A DNA stretch of 64,000 bases, taken from the NCBI GenBank assembly GCA_037379345.1, contig CM074513.1, forward strand, positions 6,448,001-6,512,000, in the 5' to 3' direction. The notes beneath the pieces were generated by a model. It ran no database searches, was not told where the DNA came from, and saw only the letters and a list, made by a program, of their open reading frames with translations. The position numbers and the translations under genes are program-made. This DNA is from Perna viridis (Eukaryota). This document shows, piece after piece, positions 26,195-38,966 of the stretch; within the stretch, counting starts at the first letter, position 1; every line of letters starts with the position of its first letter.

Positions 26195-26656
26195 TTAAAA
26201 ATCTTTAACAATGAATTTATGCATGCGTTAAAAAACGTAGAATTGACGTCCTGAAATTTTTGGTACTGTCCAATGGAATTCCTCGTTTCAGCAAATGTTG
26301 CATTAGAATGAACCATGTAAATTAAATACAGATTTTTAATGATTAACTTCATTACCACTAGCATTCAAGGTCGCTTACATTCGTCCACAAGTCTCAATTT
26401 CCTTGCTATTATAACGACATTACTGTATTGGGAATCCTATTGATTTTTAATCACCCTATAAAAAAAATCCAACTGCATTTTAAACGTTTAATGTTATTTA
26501 CTTGAATATTGAATTCGCTACTTTTTTATTAATACCATTGTAGTTTGATATGCTTGATTAAGATGCCCTTGCTTAGGAATCACTCACACAGAAAGAACAC
26601 TATATACCAGTCAGAAGCTTGCAAACAACTTAAAGAGTGTAAAAAAAAACCTTTTA

Positions 26657-26856
26657 TTAAGCGTTCAGAAGAGTCTGATGCAATGTAAGCGGGGTAGGGT
26701 ATGCAATTCGCACACTTAAGCGTTCGAAAGAGTTTGATGCAATGTAAGCGGGGTAGAGTATGCAATTCGCACACTTAAGCGTTCAAAAGAGTTTGATGCA
26801 ATGTAAGCGGGGTAGAGTATGCAATTCGCACACTTTAGCGTTCAAAAGAGTTTGAG
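26657..26856. repeat. Minisatellite, 59-bp unit x ~3.4
   Basis: GCGTTC starts at 26661, 26720, 26779 and 26838. Whole units repeat, with no unique spacers. Confidence 0.95.
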
Positions 26857-27347
26857 TTGGCTTGCGGTACTCGAGAGTGGGTTAGGATACGCCATTCGCA
26901 TACGACAGCGTGCAGTACCCGGGAGGGAAGTGGGGTATTCAACGATGGTACATGGAGTTCCACGCGTAAACTGCATTAGAACAGAATCGGATACAGGGAC
27001 GTATACAATTATTGGGGTTAAGCATATTCTGAAACGAATTCATATCAGATACAAAATTCCTTCTCCGCGGTTATCCTCGATCCAACAAGTTACCCGTTAC
27101 GTAATCGTAAATGTTGCAAATCATACACCGATCAAATAATTGGATTTTTCTCTCGTTTGTTTCCATTATCATTGTTTATCAAGGATGTGAGTGGTGACTG
27201 TATCTCACATCATCCAGGAACTATCGACTTGCAGGCTGTGGTTAATTGTGAAAAAAAGATACTATCAACATTGTTGAGACCAAAGAGCAGGAAACTTAAA
27301 GGTGTTTACGTTAAACTATAGACGCATCTGCGATTTGAAGTTGCTTG

Positions 27348-27715
27348 AGATTGATTGATTGATTGACTAGTTTTAGATTAACCTCTGATACAGCTGCAAG
27401 GGAATCCGGGTTGATACCCCCTCCCCCATTGTTGATTTTTACAAATATGGGCAATATCGTGTCAAATATGAGCAGTATTAGTGAAACCTTGACCCCCCTC
27501 CCAATGATATCAACCTATTATAAATATCTGGATCAACCCATGAAATGACTTTATCTTCATCCATTTAAGGAAGAGAACTTTGACAAAGCTTTATCTATAG
27601 TTACCAAAAGCATGAAGCGACAACTTGCAGGAAGGAGTGTCACCCGACTCTGACACATTTTTCTGACTCCGTCGTCTCTCTAACAACTTTTTATTTTAAG
27701 TCTTTGCTATAACAT
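27348..27715 (-). mobile_element. Decayed CORE-like SINE, probably interrupted by a GGATCC-type MITE (27397-27542)
   Basis: (GATT)n tail at 27348. GTGTCACCCGACTCTGACACATTTTTCTGACTCCG resembles an antisense bivalve CORE domain (from recall, not searched). Confidence 0.4.
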
Positions 27716-30700
27716 AGCTGTCATTTGAATTTTATTTTGACTAGAATCAAAAATAAAATAAAAAGCCGATTGTATTATCCAACCTTGTGGAAAAGTTAAA
27801 ATCAAGGACAATCATTGGTCCTATTATGTCTTGCATGTATTTAAGAAAAAAATAAACAGATAAAACGGAAATTGTCGCAACAGTTCCAGGCTAAAATGAT
27901 TAATCTAGCCTTGCATGCAGTTTTCTTAAATAAAATGGAATGGCTGCTGTCCTACTTCTATATGTTTATGCAACAAATGTAAAAAAGAGAACATTGCAAT
28001 GGACACAATTCAGCAGCCTCTTCCTGATCCAGACTACTACCGGAACATCATATTATCTTTATGTACAAGAAATATATGAGCTACAAACTAACACATAACA
28101 AAAGTAAAAATAAATTCCGACAAAATACCCATATTTCTATAAACAAATGCAAATATCCCAGAAATCCCATTTTCATCCCATATATGGTGATGGAAAACCT
28201 TAAAAAATCAGTAATGACCATAATCTCCCCGACCAAACCACGGCCTGCACTTAAATTTGTAAACAAATAAAATCTGGAATCCAACATTCGAATCCAAGGG
28301 GAGTTACTCTAGCATATCGTTACATAACATGTTTGATTTATCTGAGAAATGAAACTTGATATTCTTGTTAGTATCTTAAATTTCAAAATTATCCTTTTAA
28401 CTACAAATCTGTGCATTAGATAAAATGAAATTTATGCTGACTATTGAAAAAATATATGGCGGTTTTGCGGAAACAACTGACAACTCTGAATGAGGTTTTT
28501 ATGAAATGGGAATGGAATTTTCAACAAGTTCAGTTCAAACAAGTCAGTCTACATGTATGTTATGTATAGCATCCGGCATCTGTGGAGATACTGAGTCTCG
28601 TTCGCTATCGAATGTGAAATGCAAATTATTTTTACATTTTGTGAGTTTCACGTTTTGCGGGCCTTAATGAGAATATTCAAATCTTAATGTTAAATCATTC
28701 GTCTCCTGCGCATATGGTCTAGCTTTACACTTCTGTCACGCCCAGTACTTAACCCCACCTCTTTTTGCAAATCAGTACAGTACAACGAAAGCTCATGCTA
28801 TGTGTTTTTTTCACATCCGGTGTAGAAGAGCACTAGTCTATAACAGGAACAGGTCAGCGGGGAAGACAGGTGTCCAGATATTAAATTAGTATTTTAATTT
28901 AGTTTCTGGAGATCTTTGAAAATTTCATCCATGATGAAAGAAAAAGTTTAAGACTGCCTGATTTTTATACAATATTGTACTAAATGGAAGACTTTTTGTT
29001 GGTTTTAGTTCATATCAATCCAGTGAAAAAAGTTTTGCTAAATTACGACATGCATTCTTCGATCATATTTAAATGCATACGACAAGAGTACATAATTCTA
29101 CTTTGCCGGTCGAATACATGATAAAACAATAGCATTTTTCTTTGTACATTTTTTTTTTATGTAAAAGCGTATTGTTTATGATGTTATGCGTATGTTTATG
29201 TTATTCAAAGTAAGAGACGTGATGTGGTTTCCAAAGTCGTTCTAGTCAATGCTGGTCAGCTGTTGCTTCAAGACAATTTGTAAAGCAACTGTAATCATAC
29301 GGCCATAATTGATTTTATTTCATGTCTTTCTAGAAAATTATCATTGAAATTGTCTGAACTATGTATCATCACTTAACACTAACAAGATTATTTGTCGCGA
29401 TCTATGGACTTCTTTTTGATAGACGATAGCTAGGTGCTGAATTTCTGATTGATCGGAAGTCAAAGGCGGTGGAAGCAGACGACCATCGTTGGGGTCATCT
29501 GCGGTCATTGAAATGTGTATAGAATATTTTGTGGAAAACACACCATGAGCATTATATCAACAAATTAGGGAGTAATTAAAATCTTTTAAATAGTAATTTG
29601 AATAGTCATGAGGTCTTCTGAAGGTTAATGTGTATGCAAAAGTCTGCACAGGGTATGTCAAAATTTAAGAAATGTACTATTTCGAGAGAGGTACCAAACT
29701 TGCACGAGCAGCTGAAATTAGAGTAAGCATATGGTAATCAAAAGTACTCCGTCAGTAATGTAAGTCGGTGGACTTCTCTACATACATGTATATTCGACAG
29801 TATTGGTCCAAAGATGCAAAAAAAGATAATTTGGATTTCGAGACAGCTTAAATCGAATTAAAATGGGAAAAAGGGTATATTTTTATCAATTTTACAGCGA
29901 GTAAAATAGTTAACTTCTGGGAAGAAAGTTCTTACTTTGATTATATGATCATTACCTGATGAATTACGGAAAATTAAACTTCGTAGTATTTCACTTAAAG
30001 TTGGATCTCTATATCAATTGTCCAGTTATCTACCTATACTTTAGTAAATGAAGCTATCAGGAAGGAACAAAAATTATTCCATGAAGTTAACTACATCAAT
30101 CGCAGAAAATATCATGTAGTTACATTAACAAGTATGATAATTACTACAGCTCCAAACATATCAGAATTTACTACATATTTACATTTCATTGAAGAATTAA
30201 CAGCTTTTCCTGTGACAGGGGAGACAACTGAAATTTCAAAGTTTGCAAAGATTGACTACATTAACTGCTTTCAATAACAACTTAAAACAGACGTGTGTGA
30301 ATATCATTTTGACTACAAAGTTAAGTTAAAACAATCTATCAAACGGCTGGAAAATTTTAAAAAAAAATGAGTTCTTTACACAGTTCCATATGTTTATACC
30401 TGTATATTAGGCTACAGAACCACTGGCTTTGTTATGTAATAGGTGCTTTAAAAGTGATCAAGTTCATAATTATAAATCTTCAAAGTCGCTAATCGTCAAA
30501 TATCCCATGCCACAAATTTTGGGTTGCTTTCAACATATAGACGAATACAATGCTCTACTAAACATAATTCCCAATTTTTTCTCACTTTCACCAAAAACCC
30601 TGGCGTAGATATATGTATGGACTTAACCATGATGACCAGAATGTTTCTCAATCAAAACAACTCGAAGACTAGGAGTTTCTCAGCTACATTACAGAACGTT

Positions 30701-31130
30701 CAATGCTAACCGATCATTTCATCTTTAAAAATTTCTCGTTCTCATACAAGTAGAAAAATGCACACGTAGAACACATATATACGTGTGGTATTTAAGAGGT
30801 ACATTTTGACCTCGTATGAAGCTAAAATTGACGGTTCTATATTGTACGTGACCGATCTGCAATACAAGGTGTTGTAGTAATATTTAAGTATGCAAATCAT
30901 TTGCGAATGTACAGTACTGATATTACGAGTGTAAAAATAGCGACTTAAAGAGTTGCTTAACTTGCAACTTAAGATGATTTTGCATCCATTTGCGTGTTTT
31001 ATTGAAGAATTATTGGATGTCTGCAGATAGGACTCATGCACTTTTAAAGTCTAGTTTAGTTCGTTTCCATCCATCCAAGGTAGTACTCAGATATGTCCAA
31101 TATACTTAATTGTGGGATTTTTCTTCTGTG

Positions 31131-31372
31131 TCAGGAAAAGATCATTTTCTTCTGGGGAGGGGCTGGGGCCTAGGATTTTATGCTGAGTTAGAATTTTTTC
31201 AGCAGCAGCCGGAGTTAAAACATTTTATTTGAACATGTACATTGTAAAATATGGGAGGAAATTTTTTCTGTCCATGGCTTTAAAAAATTTTCTTTTGGCT
31301 CAAATTTGGAATAATGTAATAATCCAAGCCCCAGCCCCAACCCCACGTCTGTATAAAATGGCCGACGCCTAA
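31131..31372. mobile_element. Decayed MITE with G-rich and C-rich subterminal tracts
   Basis: AGGAAAAGATCATTTT..GGGGAGGGGCTGGGGC versus GCCCCAGCCCC..AAAATGGCCGACGCCT, an imperfect inverted pair. Confidence 0.4.
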
Positions 31373-32089
31373 TATAACGAGAAAGACTGAATATGATGAT
31401 AACATATACATGATGATTTTCTTCATTGTTGATGTCCCAGTGAGGCGTAGATGATAGAAGATTGAGTCATAAAAATCTCGGCTTTATAACCCAGTTAGAT
31501 TAGATTCAAACGTATGCCTATGCTAGATAAGAATCAGAGAATATTCTTAGGCGACACTTGCATTCATACATGGGAGGTATATAGGTACCTAAAAATCATC
31601 ATGAAATTTGACGAGTGGGGATGCACGGTGGACCTTCCCAGCCCATTGACAAAGTAGTTATTCAGTTCAATTCAATTTAGTGCAATTTGATATAAAATAA
31701 CACCTAGTATTTGAATCCCAGGTATTTGACTGAATGCATATCGATAGCTTTGCATGGTCGGTATCATAAACTTAAAATTGTAAAAAAAACTATGAGCTGC
31801 TAGAAAAAGAATCGACGAAATGTCATACTTTTTTATTGATAAATTGATTTTAAAATCAAAATTTTGTCTGCTTGTAGAGAAATGTAAATTAAATTACTCT
31901 GTGGAGTTGAAGTTGGGATTTTGTTTCCCTTTTGCAAATTATTCTTAAATTAAAAGGTATTGGAAAACTTTCCTAGTGGAAATAACTGCATCCTTTTTAA
32001 ACTTTACAAAATGTCACGAGGGACTCGACCGAGTTAGAAGTCTCAATCTGATTTAAATACAACCTTTAAAATGCTGCGACTAAACCGAT

Positions 32090-32188
32090 TCTACTTGAAG
32101 GTTTTCAGAGACATTTGGAACTATATCTGATGAGGTCATCTACTTGAAGGTTTTTAGAGACATTTGGAACTATATCTAGCGAGGTCAT
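32090..32188. repeat. Tandem duplication, 2 x 49 bp
   Basis: CTACTTGAAGGTTTT starts at 32091 and 32140. Confidence 0.9.
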
Positions 32189-32228
32189 ATGAATTAGCTG
32201 ATAAGATGTTTACAGTACACAATGAAGC

Positions 32229-32749
32229 TTTGTTTGTTTGTTTGTTTGTTGGGGTTTAACGTCAGAGCAGCAATATTTCAGCTATATTCAGACGATGAAC
32301 ATGAAATTGATGATAAAATGAACATGAAATGATGAAATGAAAAAGGGATGGGACACAAGCATAATGGGGTCGACAAATTTTGATTGCCACTGAAAATAGG
32401 GAGAGGTTGGTAGGGTCGGGCAATTTAGCCTCCTGTGGCGGAGCCCTGTGGTTCCTACTCCGGAGAATACCACAGTAGGGTTCTTTCACGTGCGAGGAAC
32501 GTGGCATCTTTCCCAACACGTTGCACCACTATGGTTTGCGGTCAGGTTTTCCGTATTATAGCTTGACAACCCCAGCATGTTACACGCCAGGGGTACCCCA
32601 TTCCACCACCTGGGGCACACATCCCAGTTACTCTGTGGGCAGAGCGCCTTAGCCCCCGGCTAGGGTTCTGAGCACTATTTAGTCGCCTTTTACGACAAGC
32701 TTAGCGCTGCTGCAGGTCTATTCTTTTGACACCCGGACCTGCACGGGGC
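32229..32749 (-). mobile_element. Full-length SINE-like non-autonomous retroelement with RTE-type 5' head and (CAAA)n tail
   Basis: 11-bp TSD CACAATGAAGC at 32218-32228 and 32750-32760; highly similar to 57636-58152; carries the RTE 5'UTR-type motif GCTTGTCGTAAAAGGCGACTAAA. Confidence 0.92.
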
Positions 32750-34037
32750 CACAATGAAGCAAGCTTCCAACAAGACATTAAACTTTCGAAATATTTCATT
32801 TTAAGGCTTTTTATATAGAGATTATTAATAAGTTAATTGCCTCGTTGAATATATCAAATCGATGTTCGTGTTGTTTTTGTTGTTCAATCTTCTTTTTGCC
32901 CTTCCGTTTTTATATCAGTTATTGCAGTATTTACAAAGGTCATTGTAAAACAAGTACTATCTTTAAAAAAAAAAGATAGCCGACGCGGTAACATTTCGTT
33001 CTTTTTACTTATAATTTTCTACATTTCATTCAGAAAATAAAACATGGAACGCAATTTTCGATACATTTTTTTCGAACGCCACTAAGTTATTAGTATTTCG
33101 CCAATCGGGAAACAGAATTGCGATCATGTGACTTGCGTTTCCATAGAGGAGCGTCTTTAAGGTAAAAGGGTAAAAAGCGAAACTATACCGACCTCGTCGG
33201 AAAAATCTTCAGTTGTTTCAAAAATTGTTATTATAAATGGAATATACTAGTACACTTTATACTAATAGCTATTGCAACTTTATAAATAGCAAACATTTGC
33301 AATGTATAAAATTGCATAACACAATAAATCTTCAGCGTTTTGAATTACTTTATTTAGTATTCACTGTCAATCAAAATTACTATGAAAGCATCCGAGGGAA
33401 GAGGATTTTATTCTACGATTTGACTCACCACGCCCTTTTCAAAACAAAATATGCTAACTCTGAAGTCGGCATTAGTTGAGTTAATTACTTTTATTACATC
33501 ATTTACAAATTATTCACCTTAACTGATGAATTAAGAAATTATTATCTCATCAAATTGTCATGAACGTTCCGGCTTTCAGTTAACGCCTTTCGTCAAAATA
33601 AACATGTACATACGAAGCATGTCAGCTTGATGTGAAATGACGTCACAACTTTAAATGCCTTGGGAAAGGCGCATTGCTTTCCGAAGTAATTTAATCCAAA
33701 AACTTTTAATTTTTGTCACTAGTTTGTCTCATGGGACATCAAATTACTCCGCTTTATGATCTAATTTTCCGGAAAATGTGACAATAATGAATTTTCCAAT
33801 ACTATAAAATGTTCTTTTATTTCACAATAACGAAATCAGATAATCTGCCTCGAAATTAACGATTTAGGGCTTGAATCCATCATGATTAAAACACTAGATA
33901 ATAATAATGACGGAGTCTGTACATACTAATCTCGCTCAACACAGGTTGTCATGCAAAACATCAAATACAATTCTACAAGAAAGAAACGACTATAATAGTT
34001 TATCTTTAAAACTTCCGACTTAACAAATGCAAATGTT

Positions 34038-34212
34038 CAGTGGTGGATCCAGAGGGGTTGTACGGGGTTGCCCTCCCCATAATTTATTGGAAAATTTGTC
34101 ATTTTTATGTGTAAAATTAACAAAAAACGGCAATTAATGTCCTAGCACCCTCCCGTTTCTAAGGAACCCCAGTTGGTGCCCCTCCTTTTTAAAGTGCCTG
34201 GATCCGCCCCTG
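34038..34212 (+). mobile_element. MITE with CAGKGGCGGATCC TIR (hAT-like)
   Basis: CAGTGGTGGATCC...GGATCCGCCCCTG; interior shared with the 54894 and 39825 copies. No TSD resolved. Confidence 0.8.
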
Positions 34213-34687
34213 TGAGTGCAAAAAAAGCTAACGTCAACCAGGAGATAAATGAGCTAAAACACGAGCAACATTTATAATTTACAGAAAAAGTACTGTTTGT
34301 GGCCACTTCACCTAGAAGTTTAAGTCCAGGAAAGAATTATCACAAATGTTACGTAATAAAAAAAATCGGTGAAAACCGCGATAAGGACATTGATTTGAAA
34401 CTGGAATAAACCGTCCTTCAATAAAATCGACCACCTCTATAAAAAGAAAAATGGGAGCATAACATGAGAGTGAAATCAGAAAACTCACCTTTTTTAAAAA
34501 GAAAAAAAAAACAAAGCCAAATTCAATGACAAATCTTTGAAACTCATGTTTAATCAATAGAAAACCAGAGCAAATGACAAGGTAACTTGAACATATACAA
34601 ATGTACATGTATAAAGTCAAAAGTATACCAGAGACAAAATCAAGAAAATTCATGTTAGTTGACCACTACAGCCAATGACATGACCGA

Positions 34688-34985
34688 AGAGACTCTCTTA
34701 CAGGTTAGATAGAGCACTGGAGCCTATGACAAGATCAAAGAGACTCGAACAGGTTAGATACAACACTAGAGTCGATGACAAGATTATAGAAACTCGTAAG
34801 ATTGGATAGAACACAGGAGCCTATGACAAGATCAAAGAAACTCGTATAGGTTAGATAGAACACTAGAGCCTAATACAAGATCAAAGAGACTCGTACAGGT
34901 TCGATAGAACACCAGAGCCGATGACAAGATCAAAGAAACTCGTACGGGTTAGATAGAACACTAGAGCCTATGACAGGATCAAGGT
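34688..34985. repeat. Minisatellite, 49-bp unit x ~6, decaying to ~35110
   Basis: GACAAGAT-like anchors at 34728, 34777, 34825, 34874, 34923 and 34972. Confidence 0.92.
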
Positions 34986-36899
34986 AACACGTGTTGGTCA
35001 ATAAATCACCAGATCACCAGAGCTAGTTAAAAAATCAATGGAACTCATGTTTGGTCAATACTAATAGATCACCAGAGCTACAGCAATTACAAAATAAAGA
35101 GACTCTTGATTTGGGCCAGCGATAAAATCAAGAAAAGTAGAGCACTAGGACCTACAAAAAAAGTAAGAAAAAATCATCTGGGCCAGTTTTAAAATCAACG
35201 ATTTACGTATCCGCACATACATGTATCAGCACTAATTAAAACGCATCAAAAACTATATTAATATACAAACAATCTGACTATAAACGGACGATTTATCGGA
35301 AAAAAGACAAGGAATTTCCATTGTCAGCATAGGATGGCATGTTGCTTGACCAAGAGGATATATGTATAGGCTATGGGTAATGTTGCATGGGCGAATTAAA
35401 TGATTCATGTGCAAATGAGAGGATTGTATCTGCGATGGGGTAATAAATAAATGTATAGATAATAATTGTGTGTTGGCGGTGCGGGATGATCTGAATATGC
35501 AAGAGGGAGTGGAGTATTTATTGGTTGATAAGGGATGTTCTCAAGGGGTAAAGCATCGATGGGCAATCGAATGGTACAGGTAGATGGTTAATGGGATTAA
35601 TAGGAAGGTTTCACTATCTTTCGACTGTAACGTTATCGGAAGAACTAGACATAGTTAACAACTGGTTACTTATCTTTAACACTAAATATAATCACTAGTG
35701 AAAAACAGGTAATTAAGTTGTCAAGTTAGTCTAACATTAGTAAAATGAATTTGCAACTAGCATTCAACTTTTTGTGAAGTTTAATTTAATGTGTCTTCGC
35801 ATGTTAATAAATTGGGAAATAGATAAGTTGCAAATTTAATTCTGCTTTTATCGAATTCAACACATAAAAGAAAATTGAGTTGACATTTGAACAGAAATAC
35901 CAAATTTCCTCTAGCATTTTATGGAAATATATTTCAGGAAAGGTAAATGGAAGGTTTAATTTAAGAAATTTCAAAGATAACAAATCACGACGCGTGAAGT
36001 GGTGTATGATACTGGCTTCTAATTGCAGTCGGAGGTTTCACAACAAAGACAGAGTGAACCAAGGGCGGGTCCAGAGATCTATTAAAGTGGAGAGGAACTC
36101 GAGGCTGTCATTTGCTCGTTTTTGTCAAAATTTTGTAGAAAGAAAAAATCCAACAAAAGGGTAGTTCTAAACCCTGGATCATTCTCAAACTCCCCTCCTA
36201 CAATACATTAAAATCAAATGGTTTCTATTGTATGCAGAAATCGGAGAGTCGGCCTTAAAAACAGCAGTAGGTTAACGACACATGGTCAAGTGCACATTAA
36301 ATTAAGAGAGTCTATGGTAATATATGCATCGAAACCTTGGTTTCACAACGTCTCCATGATTGAATCGAAATAAAACCGACGATAAAAATTATATTTAACA
36401 AAATAATAGAGATCACTATCATCAGAAAATGAAGAGTTTAGACAGGTCTCCGATGTGCAGTCTCTGTTAGAATAGGCAATATTAAACTCATTAAAATGCA
36501 CTGCAGATGCAATTAATAGACAGTTACACAATGCAACTCTGTCAGAAAGTAAACTAATTTTCCTTAATTTCTCCCCAGACCTATAACCTATTCATGATAA
36601 ACTACGTATGTTGGAATTATAAAGGTTTTAAAATAGCAAATATACCCTCTACATGTACGCATTAGGTTGAAGTTTCCTACATTCCATATATAATTTGATC
36701 GTACAATGTAGCCCCAATTTATGAAACTCTTGAACTTAAATATTTCAGATTATGTTAATACATGGCTGTCTGCCCTCGTGTGAAGTTTACTTTGAATTTC
36801 GATTTCAAGTAATACTTCATTTTCCACAAGCACTTCAGTCAGAAATTTATCAAATCGAATTTCAAAGGGAAGCTTGAAAATTAATCAATGAAGCATGTC

Positions 36900-37030
36900 G
36901 TAACTGAACCCTTATAGTCCAAAAATCTGTCTAAACCATACACTTTTTAAAGTCCATTCGTACATGTATCAGTTAAAATGTATTTTGATTCTTAGTAAAC
37001 AGAGCACCTGTCTACACCTAACTAATTTGT
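36900..37030 (-). mobile_element. Decayed Tc1/mariner-type MITE (family of 21188)
   Basis: CTGTCTAAACCATACACTTTTTAAAGTCC...GTAAACAGAGCACCTGTCTACACC is the reverse complement of the family interior. Confidence 0.65.
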
Positions 37031-37124
37031 TGTCTTATAGTTTTGTGTCAAAAGTGGAAAATCACATTAACATTTGCCATGGAAACTGTTTCTATCAAAA
37101 CACAATGGACATGATGATAAATTG

Positions 37125-37430
37125 TTTTTATCCTTTAAGTGGTGCGAAAGTGTTATGTTTCTAAACGTCCGTCTGTCTGTTTGACTGTCTGACAGTCCGC
37201 TTTTAGTAATGGAACTTCGATTTTATCGGTGCGCCTTAGTTTCAAATTGTTATTTCATCGTTATCGTGAAATAATTTAAGAGGGACTCCATGCAAAAATT
37301 TTTAACCATTTCATATCACAAATGTAAGCTTTCTCAAAGCCGAACGTCAGTTTTTGACTGCAAAGTGAAATAAATTACATAGAAAGCAGTGAAATTCATT
37401 GAAAAAGGGAGATAACTCTTTATTATGTGC
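37125..37430 (+). mobile_element. Helentron/HINE-like remnant
   Basis: TTTTTAT start, (GTCY)n microsatellite at 37166-37199 and an AAGGGAGATAACTC core motif, an arrangement typical of bivalve HINE elements (recall). Confidence 0.4.
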
Positions 37431-37624
37431 AAACTTTGGTGCTTTGTTAGGAAACTTTGAAGTCTTTTCCTGAGCCACCAACTGTCGATTTAAAAACAAA
37501 ATGCATAGGAACAAAAATGTCAGTGAGATAAAATTTACCCTGTACCACCCATATCATGGGATCTGCCTGAATTTTACATATATACAGCATTTTAAATACT
37601 CCCGGATTTAGGACTAGGGAGAAA

Positions 37625-38151
37625 CACATTTTCAGCCGTCCGTACGTTTGTTCGTACTCATGCCCCAATTTTTCGTCAATTAAAACTGAAAAAATAGTGT
37701 CTGATACTGTCGGCTCATTTGCTTATCGTCTTCCTGTTTTCCGAACGTTAATCCGAATTATAGTGATTTTTTCTTTGCTAAAATATTGGAATCCCTTCAT
37801 TGGAGCTATTTCAAACTGGCTATATACATTTTGTAAGTTTAGCCAAATAAGTACCTTTTCTTTGAATCATTACTTCGTCACATTTTCAGCCGTCCGTACG
37901 TTTGTTCGTACTCATGCCCCAATTTTTCGTCAATTAAAACTGAAAAAAATAGTGTCTGATACTGTCGGCTCATTTGCTTATCGTCTTCCTGTTTTCCGAA
38001 CGTTAATCCGAATTATAGTGTATTCCAGTTATATGATTTTTTTCTTTGCTAAAATATTGGAATCCCTTCATTGGAGCTATTTCAAACTGGCTATATACAT
38101 TTTGTAAGTTTAGCCAAATAAGTACCTTTTCTTTGAATCATTACTTCGTCA
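37625..38151. repeat. Near-identical tandem duplication, ~255/272 bp
   Basis: CACATTTTCAGCCGTCCGTACG starts at 37625 and 37879; copy 2 carries an extra ~16 bp near 38021. Confidence 0.95.
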
Positions 38152-38889
38152 TACTTACCAACGTGTCCAATGAATTTATTTCACTTTGCTTTGTTTTCAA
38201 CACCAGATAAATTGCTGAGTCTAGTTAAAAACGTGTAACTTTGAGACGTGGATACATATTTTAGAAAGGGAAGTTCCAGGCTACTATTTGCTAATTTTAC
38301 ACAAAGTTTGTATTGCACAAAGTTAACCGAATTTTCTATCAAGAATGGGCTCTTAAAATGTAACAACGAATCCCCTTTTGTTCCTAAACTGCCGGTACAG
38401 TCAAGGACAAAAAAATTCCGCTCATGTCAAAACGGTCCGTAAGATAAAATGCTTAATATGGAAGTCTTGCATAACAATGAACAAATTGTAAACAATTTTT
38501 TTTTTCGTTATTGATATGACTGTTCATTATTCCGCTAAGACGGTTTCTTTCCGACTCCTTTCCTGCTTTTATTAAGTAATAAATTGGGTAATATTTTCAT
38601 AATTACTTATAAACTATCTTTAATGGGAGACCGCTGTGAACGTCCGTTACTAATAAAAATCAGAAACAATATTATGATGATATTAGAGGTTCATTTCGTT
38701 TCTAAGCATATTGTTTGAATGCTACGAAAATTATATAAAAAACAGGATAACTAGGCTAGAGGATATAGAGATCCTGAATCTTTTACAGGATGGCCTCACC
38801 ACCGAATTAAACTAGTAACACAATTGTGTATTAATTCACTCTTACACCTGCAATCTATCAATTAACCAAAATAGCACGCGAATAGAAAC

Positions 38890-38966
38890 GAAAGTAAATG
38901 AGCAAGCCGTACCCTACTAAAAGCTGGGAACATGGACTAGGTGCACAGGTAAGGTAAGCGTCTTTT
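38890..38966 (-). mobile_element. Family A fragment
   Basis: AAATGAGCAA...CTAAAAGCTGGGAACATGGACTAGGTGCACAGGTAAGGTAAGCGTC. Confidence 0.7.

Noticed and set aside
26657-26856. CRISPR-like array (also considered for 1731-1970, 34688-34985 and 60106-60325)
   Set aside because: Entire units repeat with no unique spacers, there are no cas genes, and the context is eukaryotic.
32126-32170. Hammerhead ribozyme at CTGATGAGGTC
   Set aside because: No GAAA after a stem II, and the motif is lost in the duplicated unit.
37697-38107. 136-aa ORF with an internal repeat
   Set aside because: By-product of the tandem duplication; GTG start and no recognisable domain.
38151-38165. U1 snRNA 5' end (ATACTTACC)
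   Set aside because: The match stops after 9 nt; it is better read as an antisense splice-donor consensus.
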